From an uncultured Planctomycetaceae bacterium (lineage in GTDB: Bacteria; Planctomycetota; Planctomycetia; Planctomycetales; Planctomycetaceae): a DNA stretch of 64,000 nucleotides. Within the stretch, counting starts at the first letter, position 1; each line of letters opens with the position of its first letter. The notes below the pieces were generated by a model. It did not search any database. It was not told the origin of the DNA and was given only the letters and a program-made list of their open reading frames with translations. The position numbers were made by a program, and so were the translations under genes. The stretch is from assembly GCA_963815195.1 (NCBI GenBank), contig CAWFGE010000023.1, positions 320,001 to 384,000 of the forward strand, given 5' to 3'. Shown one piece after another: positions 11,156 through 20,299 of this stretch.

Positions 11156-11184
11156 CGGACATCATGCCGTTCTGCAAAGGCGTC

Positions 11185-11581
11185 TCAGGCGGAGGCGGGC
11201 TCCTTTTGCAGGATGTCGCGCGCGGCCGCAACGATCGCCTTGGGACTGAAGGGTTTAAAGAACACCTGCTCGACCTGGTATTTCACGCGGAGCATTTCGA
11301 GATCGAGACTCCAATCCCTTGGCGGAGCACAGAACGATGGGCGTTTGACGATTCACGCGGGATTCCCGCACTCTCTGGATCAATTCCAACCCGCTCACCT
11401 GGGGCATTTGATAATCTGTGATAATCAGGTCGGCCCGGTTTTCGCCGAGCCAATCGAGGGCCTCCTGCCCGTCAGAGGCCACCTGCAACTGAAATCCGCC
11501 GCGCTCGAGATTGAATTTGAGCACGCTGGATGTGACGGCGTTGTCTTCCGCGATAAGAATCCAAGGAGACGGCTGTTGCAT
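11185..11581 (-). CDS. Single-domain (CheY-like) response regulator; frameshift at ~11308
   Basis: ILIAEDN, DLIITDYQMPQVSGLEL, PIVLCSA. The shifted frame continues LDLEMLRVKYQVEQVFFKPFSPKAIV...SA* to 11185. Confidence 0.85.
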
Positions 11582-11656
11582 GATGCGAGATTTCCTTCCC
11601 GGTCGCGTCGGGCGGAGCGAATCAAACCAAATCCGCTGAGGCATCCGCCTCAAGCA

Positions 11657-12088
11657 TCAGAGGGTTTCGAATCCGCTCGTGTTGATGATGAACTCGCCCG
11701 TGGTGTTGTCGTAGGCCCAGTCTTGACCGCCGGAGACCGTCAGCGGAATCCCCGCTGTGTCCACGCGGACGGTCCCGTCCTGGGCGGCACCGGGAAGCTG
11801 GTTCTTAGGGAACGGCCCCCGCAAAAACGATCCGAGGTCGGCCTGAAAATCGGCTTCCGTGCCCCCGTCGCCCGGATAGGCCCCGTTTTGGGCCCGGTAC
11901 AACTCGATCGCATCCCGCACGACCGCCAGCGAGGACGTGGTGCTGTTTTGCCGGGCATCGCCCGCGGTGTTGAACATCTTGGGGGCGGCCGTCGCGGCGA
12001 TAATTCCCAACACCAAAACCACGACCACCAGTTCCACGAGCGTAAACCCGTTGCGATTCTTTCGGTGCAAATTGCGCTTTGTATTCAT
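11657..12088 (-). CDS. Major pilin/pseudopilin (GspG-like)
   Basis: Class III signal RNG|FTLVELVVVVLVLGII and RDAIELYRAQNGAYP; GAGG RBS before ATG 12088. Confidence 0.9.
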   Translation of the reverse strand: MNTKRNLHRKNRNGFTLVELVVVVLVLGIIAATAAPKMFNTAGDARQNSTTSSLAVVRDAIELYRAQNGAYPGDGGTEADFQADLGSFLRGPFPKNQLPGAAQDGTVRVDTAGIPLTVSGGQDWAYDNTTGEFIINTSGFETL

Positions 12089-12298
12089 GGCTGCTACCTC
12101 AGTTGACCCGATGGGAAAGACATGCTGGCTCCGACACTTCACAAATTATCGCTGTAGTGCAAACTTAGATCACAAATTGAAGCCGGGACATATTTTCTCC
12201 AAAAATATCCCCAGCCAATCCCGATTCGCCGGCCTATTGTTGAGTGAACCGAAACAGACACCGATGCCCTAACCCTCAAAACTCGGCGAACCGATCCC

Positions 12299-13480
12299 AT
12301 GACCCACGAAGCCGGCCTGGTCGAGATGTGCATGGAAGAAATCTCGACGAACTTGGAGGAACTCTCGTTCCTGCGCGAGTTGGCCAGCCACTTGCGGCTG
12401 GAACCCGTTCCGCGCAGGTTTGGAAGCGCTCGCGGCGGCTTTGCTGCCCACGCTCCGGCAATCCGCGGCGGCGGAATGCGTGGCCTTTCTCCAGCCGGCG
12501 GATGAGAACGGCGAACGAAAATGGACCGGCATCGCCGAATCCGCCGAATTGGATGACGCCTTGGATCTCTCGGAAATCATGGAATCGCTATTGTCGGCCG
12601 CTTCGGTGCAGCCGGTCTTCGTGTTCAACCGAAACGATTTGAACCGGCAGTTGGAACGCCGGATCGATCCGCGGATCCGTTCGTGGGTGATGGTGGAAGT
12701 CCGGCATGGAGAGTCGTTTTACGGCTGGCTCGTCGCCGCCAATCGGTGCAACGCCGCGACGACCAATCCGGGCGATGCCACGTTTATCAGCGAGCGGGAG
12801 TTCGGAACCCACGAGGCGACGCTGATGAGTTCCGTTGCCAACCTGTTGGCGACCCACGCCCGGAATCTCCAGCTCATCGATCAAAAAGAGAAGCTCTTTT
12901 TAGGCGTCGTTCGGGGCATGGTCCGGGCTCTTGACGCCCGCGACCCCTACACCTGCGGGCACAGCGAACGCGTGGCCAACACCGCGCCGGAATTGCCCGC
13001 GAGATGAACCTCCCGCCCGCCGACGTGGAAGCCATCCACATTTCCGGACTTTTGCACGACATCGGCAAAATCGGCATCCCCGATCATGTGCTGCTCAAAC
13101 CGGGCCGGCTCTCGCCCGAGGAATTCGAGATTATCAAGCGGCATCCCAGCATCGGCTACAATATCTTGAGCCAAATCAGCGTCTTAAGCTCCGTGCTGCC
13201 GGGGGTGCTGTATCATCACGAGTCTGTGGACGGCCGCGGCTATCCGCACGGGCTCAAAGGCGCGGGCATCCCGTTGATGGCCCGCATCCTGGCCGTCTCC
13301 GATGCCTTCGACGCCATGACCAGCACACGCTCCTATCGCCCCAAAATGCCAATGAAAAAAGCCTGTGGCATTCTGAAAGAGAATGCGGGCATTCAATGGG
13401 ATGCCGAGGTCGTCGAGGCCTTCTTTCGTATGCGGTCCCGCGTGGTCTCCGCGAACGGGCCTTCCGTCGAAACGTTGTGA
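12299..13480 (+). CDS. HD-GYP cyclic-dinucleotide phosphodiesterase with GAF-like N-terminus; frameshifts at ~12414 and ~12987
   Basis: ARDPYTCGHSERVA, LLHDIGKIG, HHESVDGRGYP and DAFDAMTS.RSYR found across three ORFs. Confidence 0.9.
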
Positions 13481-13523
13481 TTTCGCAACAAGGCGGGGAT
13501 CTTTCCCAACGGCCGCGACGCAA

Positions 13524-13617
13524 GTGGCACGGGTGGCACGTCCCTGAGAAACGAAGGGCGTGGTCTTTGTGATCGCCACGCCCTTCCCTGCGCTCAGGGA
13601 CGTGCCATCCGTGCCAC
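13524..13617. repeat. Imperfect long inverted repeat (REP-like doublet)
   Basis: GTGGCACGGGTGGCACGTCCCTGAG..AAGGGCGTGG pairs with CCACGCCCTT..CTCAGGGACGTGCCATCCGTGCCAC. Confidence 0.8.
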
Positions 13618-13695
13618 CCAATTCGCTTCGACGTCTCATCACCCCTCGGCATGTTGTTTGCTGACAGTCCTCAAGATTTCCCTTGAGGCACGTCA

Positions 13696-14457
13696 ATGCG
13701 AAGCGCGGCTGTTGCAGTTTTTCTTTTGTTCTGTTTTGCCATTCGGATGGGGCCTGCCCATGCCGTGGAGCCGGGCGAACAAATCTTCGTCGAGCTTGAG
13801 CCAGGCCGGCGAGTCGCGGGCGAGTTTGCCGGGATGGACGCCCGCGGGCGGTTGTGGCTGATTCACCGGGAAGCCGGCATCGAGCTGCGGAGCGGCTACG
13901 GCCTGAACCGCATCACCCGCATCCTCGTTCAAGGAAAACCCATTTCCTTGGCCGCTTTTCGAGATGACAAAACGCCCCCCGCTCCACCTTGGAGAATCCC
14001 GCTTCAAGACCCGCCGCTGTCTTCCGCGCAAAACGGGCCGCCCTTGGGTCCGGTTCTTCCTCCCGTGACGCTGGAAGCGGCCGCGGAACCGGCCAATTGG
14101 GATGACGACGCGGAAATCGACGGCCTGCGTGTGTATCTCACGCCCCGGGACGCCTTCCGCCGACCCGTTCCGGTGAATGGGCAACTCAGCGCGGTGTTGG
14201 TCTCCGGCACCGTTCGGCCGGGGCAACTGTTCGCTTCCGATGATCCTCTGCTCGCGGCGGAACTCCAGCGGTGGGGCCGGCCCATCCGTTCGCAGATGCC
14301 AGGTCCCGCGGGCGTGGTGATCGACCTGCCCTTCGACGGCCGCCGGCGGATGAACCTGCGAAACCTGGGCCTGCCTTTGGTCCTCAAAGTCCGGCTCGGC
14401 ATTCCCGGGCGAAACGTGCTCTCCGCCGTCGCCTTGGTGCCCCTCCCCGGATTCTGA
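13696..14457 (+). CDS. Secreted hypothetical protein
   Basis: Signal-peptide-like N-terminus ending AHA|VE; ANWDDDAEIDGLRVYLTPRD segment; 253-aa ORF. Confidence 0.7.
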   Translation: MRSAAVAVFLLFCFAIRMGPAHAVEPGEQIFVELEPGRRVAGEFAGMDARGRLWLIHREAGIELRSGYGLNRITRILVQGKPISLAAFRDDKTPPAPPWRIPLQDPPLSSAQNGPPLGPVLPPVTLEAAAEPANWDDDAEIDGLRVYLTPRDAFRRPVPVNGQLSAVLVSGTVRPGQLFASDDPLLAAELQRWGRPIRSQMPGPAGVVIDLPFDGRRRMNLRNLGLPLVLKVRLGIPGRNVLSAVALVPLPGF

Positions 14458-14459
14458 CA

Positions 14460-14700
14460 AACAGCATGCGCAAATTCGCGCGGTCCGATACCGGCAAATC
14501 CGAAATCCGAACCTCGGAATCCGAAACAAAACTCAATGACCGAAATTCCAATATCCAAACCCTGTGCATCGGGTGCGTTTCTTGAATGGAGGGGTTTGTT
14601 TGGGGCATTCGGATTTGGGGATTTTGGATTTGTTTCGGATTTCGAATTTCGTGCTTCGGATTTACACGAGAAGTCGCGCGGAATTGCGCAGACTGATTCC
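14460..14700. repeat. ~240-bp inverted element built from ATTTCG(G/A) heptamers (copy 2)
   Basis: Left arm aacagcatgcgcaaattcgcgcg...aaatccgaaatccgaacctcggaatccgaaacaaa; right arm tttgtttcggatttcgaatttcgtgcttcggattt...cgcgcggaattgcgcagactgatt. Confidence 0.75.
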
Positions 14701-14701
14701 G

Positions 14702-16002
14702 TCAGGGAGCCGCATCCCATTGCCAGGATCCGGGCACCACGCGCATTTCCGCGGGGGCAAAACCGGGCGGAGGGTTGAGGAGAAACGTGTCGTCGTGGGT
14801 CAGTTGATCGGTGTCGCTTTTCACGGTGATTGTCTGCCCCGCCACGACCGCGCCGGTGATCCTCGCCGGTTGAGAATCGATGACGATATTCCCCGTCGCA
14901 TAGATCAGTCCCTTGAACTCGCTCGGCCATTTATCGAGAGTATCGCTGTCGGTCGCGCCGCCTTGAAAAGGGAAAGGCGTCCCCGGCGGGTTAAAGTTCC
15001 CCCAGTAGGTCTCGTCGAGACCGTCCGATTGGTATTGCATCTTCAGCGATATCGAGCCGGACACCAGCAAAACGGGAAGTTCGGCACCGCTGGCTCCCAG
15101 TTGATGTCATTGTCGCCGATCTCCGAATCCGACCCGCAGTTCAAAAGCACGATCGTGCCGACGATTCGGCAATTCCTGATCTTGAGCGTTTGCCCGGCGC
15201 AATCGATGATATAGACGCCCTCGGGGTTTGTCGCACCGAAGGGATTGCTGTTCGGACTGATGACCGTTTTACTTAGCTCCCGCGCATCGGTGCCGAGCAA
15301 AACCAGCCCCGTCTTCGGCAAGGATTGAATGGAAATCGCCGTTCCGTTGGCGAGGTAATAGTCGAAAACCTGGGCACTCGGCATGCTGCGTTCCGCCACG
15401 CCCGTCGTCACGGTCCCCAGAAAGTTGTCGCCCGTGACGGTGCCGACCGCCTCGACGGCTCCGTGCACTTCCGAACCGCCATTTTCGTCGATATTCCCGT
15501 TCGAGCTGATGATCTGGTCATTGAACAATTTGGCGCTGTTGATAACAAAACTCGTTCCGGCGTGCATTGTGGTGTTGAGGCACGTCAAATCTTTCGGCAT
15601 CAGCCGGACATCGCTCACCTGGACGCTGGACCCCACCCGTCCGATGCCTTTCAAATGCAAGTCCAGGTCCGCATCGCTCAGGTTTCCGTCGCTGTCTTCG
15701 AGCATCCAACTCAGGCTTCCCGATCCGGCGGCACCGAGCGACTGCGGCGCGGTTTCCACGCCGCTCGTGTAATTCGTCCGCCAATTGGGATCGTTGGCAA
15801 GCACCGCGAGCACCAGTTCCACGGCTGAATCGGCATTGGACCGCGCGGCGATCCGGTCCGCGTCGAGCAAGGTCGCGCGGCGTTCGATTCGCACGATATT
15901 CAGCGCCGCCAAACCCAAAAGCGAAACGAGGACCGCCGTGGACATCACCGAGATATACAGTGCGGCCCCCCGGCGAGGGTGGGATGATTTGACGACTTTC
16001 AT
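14702..16002 (-). CDS. PilX/GspK-like minor pilin with large C-terminal domain; frameshift at ~15073
   Basis: RRG|AALYISVMS (no Glu at +5, typical of PilX/K), ARSNADSAVE, GIGRVG; C-terminal FKGLIYATG...VVPGSWQW. Confidence 0.75.
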
Positions 16003-16516
16003 GGTTCGCCGCCCGTGTCTTGATTGCTCTTGAGGGCCGTCAGTTGCGCGAGCACCTGCCCGTTCCGTTTAGCGGTGACCGTGATGCGTTTGAGGCCCTC
16101 GTCGCTGCCGGCGGTCGCCGAGGGGTTGTTTGGATCGACCCATTCCACGGTCACGGTCCGCTGCCAGCCGGCCGAATTGGAGAGCGCAATTCCGCCGCGG
16201 TCCACGGGGGGGCTTGCATCCAGTGGTGATAGTCGTCCACATCGTCCCAACGCGCCCGGGTGCCGTCGAATTCGCCGGTCTCGCGTCCGAACGTGGGGGT
16301 ATCAACGGGTTCGATGTAGTCATTCGCCAGGATCTCCGCCATCAACTGGACGGCCAATTCGCGCGCGCGGGCGGCGTCTCCGGTGCTCACCCGGCCCCGG
16401 ATCGCCGCACCAACGGCGTTCATCGCCGCGACCAGCATCATCCCCACCAGCAGCGTGCAGATCACGACTTCAATTTGGCTGAGGCCGGCCCGCGGCCGTC
16501 GACTTTTCCGCTGCAT
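15999..16516 (-). CDS. PilV/GspI-like minor pilin; frameshift at 16206-16222
   Basis: RAG|LSQIEVVICTLLVG, WDDVDDYHHW, then WQRTVTVEWV...LKRITVTAK in the shifted frame. Confidence 0.8.
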
Positions 16517-16527
16517 GATCGGTCCCG

Positions 16528-17487
16528 TCAAAGAGGTGCGTTTTGAAGCCGAACTCCCGATTCCACCCGGGCGCGGGAATCTTTCCCCACTTGGAGGCTC
16601 ACATTCACGTTCTGGTGCGGGTTGGATTTGCTCCGCAGCACGGCATCGTCCACGTACAAGTCTTGAATGTGCGAGACCCCCGTCGCCTCCCAATAGGCCG
16701 ACAACAAAGCGCCGCTCCACTGCGGCTTGACTGTCCCCTTCAATAGCAGGAACTCCGAATTATTGACGTTAAACTGGCCGGTTGGAAACACCTGATCGCC
16801 GGACCCTAGACTGTTGACGTGAAGTTGCAGCCTCACGCCATAGGGCGATCCCGACACGCCTTTCCTCACCCACGCGCTGATCTCGTACAACTCGCCGTTC
16901 GTCAGTTGCGACGCCACGTTTTGCCGCACGCAGGTTTCATCGAGAAACGTCAGCGCTTGGCCGTGAATCGATCGGCTTCCGCTTTGAAAGACGGTGGAAC
17001 TGCTGGAGAGAAGGTCGCCGAGAATGACCTCCCAGCCGGTCGTTCCCGCTTCCATGTCGGCATTGCTGAGCAGGTTCGGCGGAGTGGCGGGAAGGTCGTG
17101 CTCGAAGACGTAGGCATTCTCGACCAGGTTGGCCGCGGTTCCACCATTGTATTGCCGGGTCAGCGGATCTCCCGGCGTTCCCGACCAGGCATAGCGGATG
17201 GTCTCGGACAGGAAGTCCCCGTCCCGGTCGGGAACCGCGAATGTGATCGCGTGGTCGGTGTTTTCGCTGAAGGCAAGGGCCAATTCGAGATCGGCCAACA
17301 TCTCCGTCAAGGCTTCATCGCCCGCGATCTGCGCGGGCGTGGGAGTCGCCGACGCGTCGGTCGCGCGAAGCGTGAGGAACAGCGAGGAGACCATGCCGGC
17401 GATCAAAGCGCTCGCCCCCACGGAAGCGGCGACCATCTCCATCAGCGTGTAGCCGCGGCGATCGGCCGGAGTCCGCGAATTCTTCAT
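16528..17487 (-). CDS. PilW/GspJ-like minor pilin with a CBM4/9-like carbohydrate-binding domain
   Basis: RRG|YTLMEMV; internal NLLSNADMEAGTTGW...VRQNV...GELYEISAWVRK...YVDDAVL. Confidence 0.8.
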   Translation of the reverse strand: MKNSRTPADRRGYTLMEMVAASVGASALIAGMVSSLFLTLRATDASATPTPAQIAGDEALTEMLADLELALAFSENTDHAITFAVPDRDGDFLSETIRYAWSGTPGDPLTRQYNGGTAANLVENAYVFEHDLPATPPNLLSNADMEAGTTGWEVILGDLLSSSSTVFQSGSRSIHGQALTFLDETCVRQNVASQLTNGELYEISAWVRKGVSGSPYGVRLQLHVNSLGSGDQVFPTGQFNVNNSEFLLLKGTVKPQWSGALLSAYWEATGVSHIQDLYVDDAVLRSKSNPHQNVNVSLQVGKDSRARVESGVRLQNAPL

Positions 17488-17962
17488 AACACTCTCGCTT
17501 TGCCGGTGTCGGGATCAATCTGGACCGTGCGCTCGAACCCTCCGGACGCGATCACGATTTGGCCTCCGCTGTCGGGGACGCCGTAATAGTTGAACTGAAC
17601 CGCTTCATCTCCGCCGAGGGATGTGGACATCAAGAGGGACCTGTAAGGCGAGTCGCCCAGTTGGATCGTATACGGGCGGCCGACGCGGTCCGGGCTGTCG
17701 ATGCCGAGGATGGTGTAGCTGTTTCCCGCGGTCGAAAACTGAATGGTGCGATTGGCGCTCGAGGACATGGCCAGCCGGCGGGCCATATTTAAGTCGGCCC
17801 GCACGCGTTCCGCCGCCGCTTGAACTTGATACCAATGCAGCGAATCGGTGAACTTCGGTGCGGCCGCCGCCGCCAGAATGCCGACGATGAGAACGCCGAT
17901 GGCGACTTCCACGAGCGTGAACCCGCCCGGTTGGGCACCGCGCGGGCAGTTCGGTTCCGCAT
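17484..17962 (-). CDS. FimT/GspH-like minor pilin; probable frameshift at ~17922
   Basis: G|FTLVEVAIGVLIVGIL, ADLNMARRLAM, FNYYGVPDSGG. ATG 17962 has a GGGAG RBS but is one base out of frame. Confidence 0.8.
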
Positions 17963-17998
17963 GATTCAACTCCCGCAGGAGAAAGCCAGGCCGACGAT

Positions 17999-19017
17999 TT
18001 ACCGCGGGGCGAGCGTTTCTTCCGGGATCGCGTCGAAATCCGGAAAGCCTTTGGCGGGGTCGACGAGTTCCATGCGTTCCTCCAATCCGTCCTCCGACAA
18101 CTGCTCCACAAAATAGCCCAACCCGGTGCCTTCCGATTTGGCGCGGTACAAACAGCGGTCCGCCGCCTCGATCAAATCTTTGGGCTCGTATTCGCAAAAC
18201 CCGCTGTGGCAAACCGCGGCCCCGAAGGACGCCGTCACGTCGGGCCCGCGATTGCCTGGGAAAACCGTCAATTCCCTGATCTTCGACTGGATCCGGTTGA
18301 GGGGAATCAGAATTTCTTTCGGCCGAAGCGCGATCATTAAACAGATAAACTCGTCGCCGCCGTACCGCGAGACGAGGTCGTAAGACCTGAGGCTGTCTTC
18401 GAGCGTGCGGGCGATTTTTTTGATGACCTCGTCCCCGTGTTGATGCCCCCACGTATCGTTGATTTGCTTGAAGCGGTCGATGTCGCACAAGATGACCGCG
18501 ATCGATTGCTTTAACCGCTGCGCAGGTTCCATTCCTCCTGCAGCCGGCGTTCATAGGTCATTCGATTGGCCAGGGCGGTCAAGGGGTCCGTGGCGGCCGC
18601 CGAGAGAGCCGGGCCGAGGTATTTCCAGCTCACAAACACATCCTGCTCGGTCACCATGCCCATCAGCCGCTCGCGGTGGTAAATCGCCGTGGATTCAAAA
18701 ATTGCCGGCCGGTGGCTTCGGGGATCATCGGAGGGAGGCGACAGCCGGGTCGCCAACAGCGTCGAGAGCGTGGTGTTCGCCCAACGTTCTCGTTCGCGCG
18801 GATGGCCAAAATTCAACCGGCGGGAGATTTCCTCCGCCATCACCAGCCCGATGACCTCGCCCGCGTCATCGACCGCGAGGACGCACGGACCATAATTGAC
18901 ATCGAGCGCGATGTGGCTCAACAGGGTGTTTTCAGAGACGATGAGCGGTACATTTTCGGAGTTTTCCTCCCTGGAAATCATGAACCGATGCAACTCGCCA
19001 TTTAAGCGATAACCCAC
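17999..19017 (-). CDS. Diguanylate cyclase (GGDEF) with CBS-pair-like N-terminus; frameshift at ~18525
   Basis: TDPLTALANR, DIDRFKQINDTWGHQHGD, RSYD I-site, RYGGDEF, ADRCLYRAK. Confidence 0.9.
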
Positions 19018-19291
19018 GCCATGCTCCTAAGATGTGATTTCAAGAACGCGATATGACAATTGCTATTTAGAGAATAGAACACGCCCGGCCCCGCGAAGAA
19101 TGCCGCGAATGAAACCGCAAGAAGTCGCGAAACCTATCATCCGATCGAAGCAATAACATGGGGCGTGCGGCCTGAAACGACTCTTCCGAATGCGCCGGAT
19201 GGTTCCAACGTGCTTGATGCAAGCCCGCGTCCGAGCATGTTGACCGCCGTTTCCGTTTCGCTGATAATTCGGCGATTTAGCTCCATCAGCC

Positions 19292-20254
19292 TTGTTCCAC
19301 CTCGACCCCGTGAACGCGCAGCCGCCCCTCACCCTGGAATTGATCGTCGAAAAACCGCTGAGCGGGATCCGCATCGACAGTTTTCTCGCCCGGCATTTGC
19401 GGAACTATACGTCCTATCGTTTGCAGCGGATGATCCGCGCGGGACTGGCATCCATCGACGGAGGCGTTGTGAAGTTGGAAACCCGCGTGTTCGCGGGGCA
19501 AGAGATTTCGTTCCGCCTCGCCGAGCCGCCGGATAAGTTGCTCGAACCTGAACCGCGCGAACTGGAAATCCTGTTTGAGGACCCGTGGATTCTTGTGCTC
19601 AATAAGCCGGCGGGGATCGTGGCGCATCCGGTGGGCGAGTTTCAGACCGGGACGCTCGCCAATGCGGTGCAGTGGCATCTGGATCGGCAGACGAAACTCA
19701 AGGGGCTCCTTCGGCCGGGGATTGTGCACCGCCTGGACCGCATGACGAGCGGCGTGATGGTGCTCGCCAAGGAGCACACATCGCACACGGTTCTCTCGAT
19801 CCAGTTCCAGCGCGGCCGGGTCGAGAAAACCTACACCGCCTTGCTGGAAGGCGCGATGGTTGCAGACCGGGGCGAGATCAATTTGCCCATCGGGCACGCG
19901 GCTTCGCGGGAGACGGTGCTGATGTCCGCCGCCCCTGACGCCCGCAAACCCAAACCCGCCTGCACACAGTACGAAGTCATCTTACGATTCCACAATCGCA
20001 CGTTGGTGCGAGCACGCCCGAAGACGGGGCGGAATCACCAAATCCGCGTGCACTTCGCGGCCCTCGGCCACCCGGTCGTCGGGGACGAGTTTTACGAAGC
20101 CGGCGGGAACATCAAACCGCCCGCCGCCGACCGCGACCAGCGCCACGCCCTGCACGCTTCGCAGTTGATCTTCCGGCATCCCGTGACGCGAACAAGGCTC
20201 TCGTTCCAAGCGCCGCTGCCTGCGGATATTGGCGTATTGTGCTACGGCGAATAA
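19292..20254 (+). CDS. rluD: RluA/RluD-family pseudouridine synthase
   Basis: S4-like RIDSFLA, NKPAGIVAHP, HRLDRMTSG, TGRNHQIRVH. Start uncertain (GTG 19310 possible). Confidence 0.9.
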   Translation: MFHLDPVNAQPPLTLELIVEKPLSGIRIDSFLARHLRNYTSYRLQRMIRAGLASIDGGVVKLETRVFAGQEISFRLAEPPDKLLEPEPRELEILFEDPWILVLNKPAGIVAHPVGEFQTGTLANAVQWHLDRQTKLKGLLRPGIVHRLDRMTSGVMVLAKEHTSHTVLSIQFQRGRVEKTYTALLEGAMVADRGEINLPIGHAASRETVLMSAAPDARKPKPACTQYEVILRFHNRTLVRARPKTGRNHQIRVHFAALGHPVVGDEFYEAGGNIKPPAADRDQRHALHASQLIFRHPVTRTRLSFQAPLPADIGVLCYGE

Positions 20255-20299
20255 GATTCGGGCGAATTGTGCTTGGTGCCGGAAGTTTGATCGGCTTCC

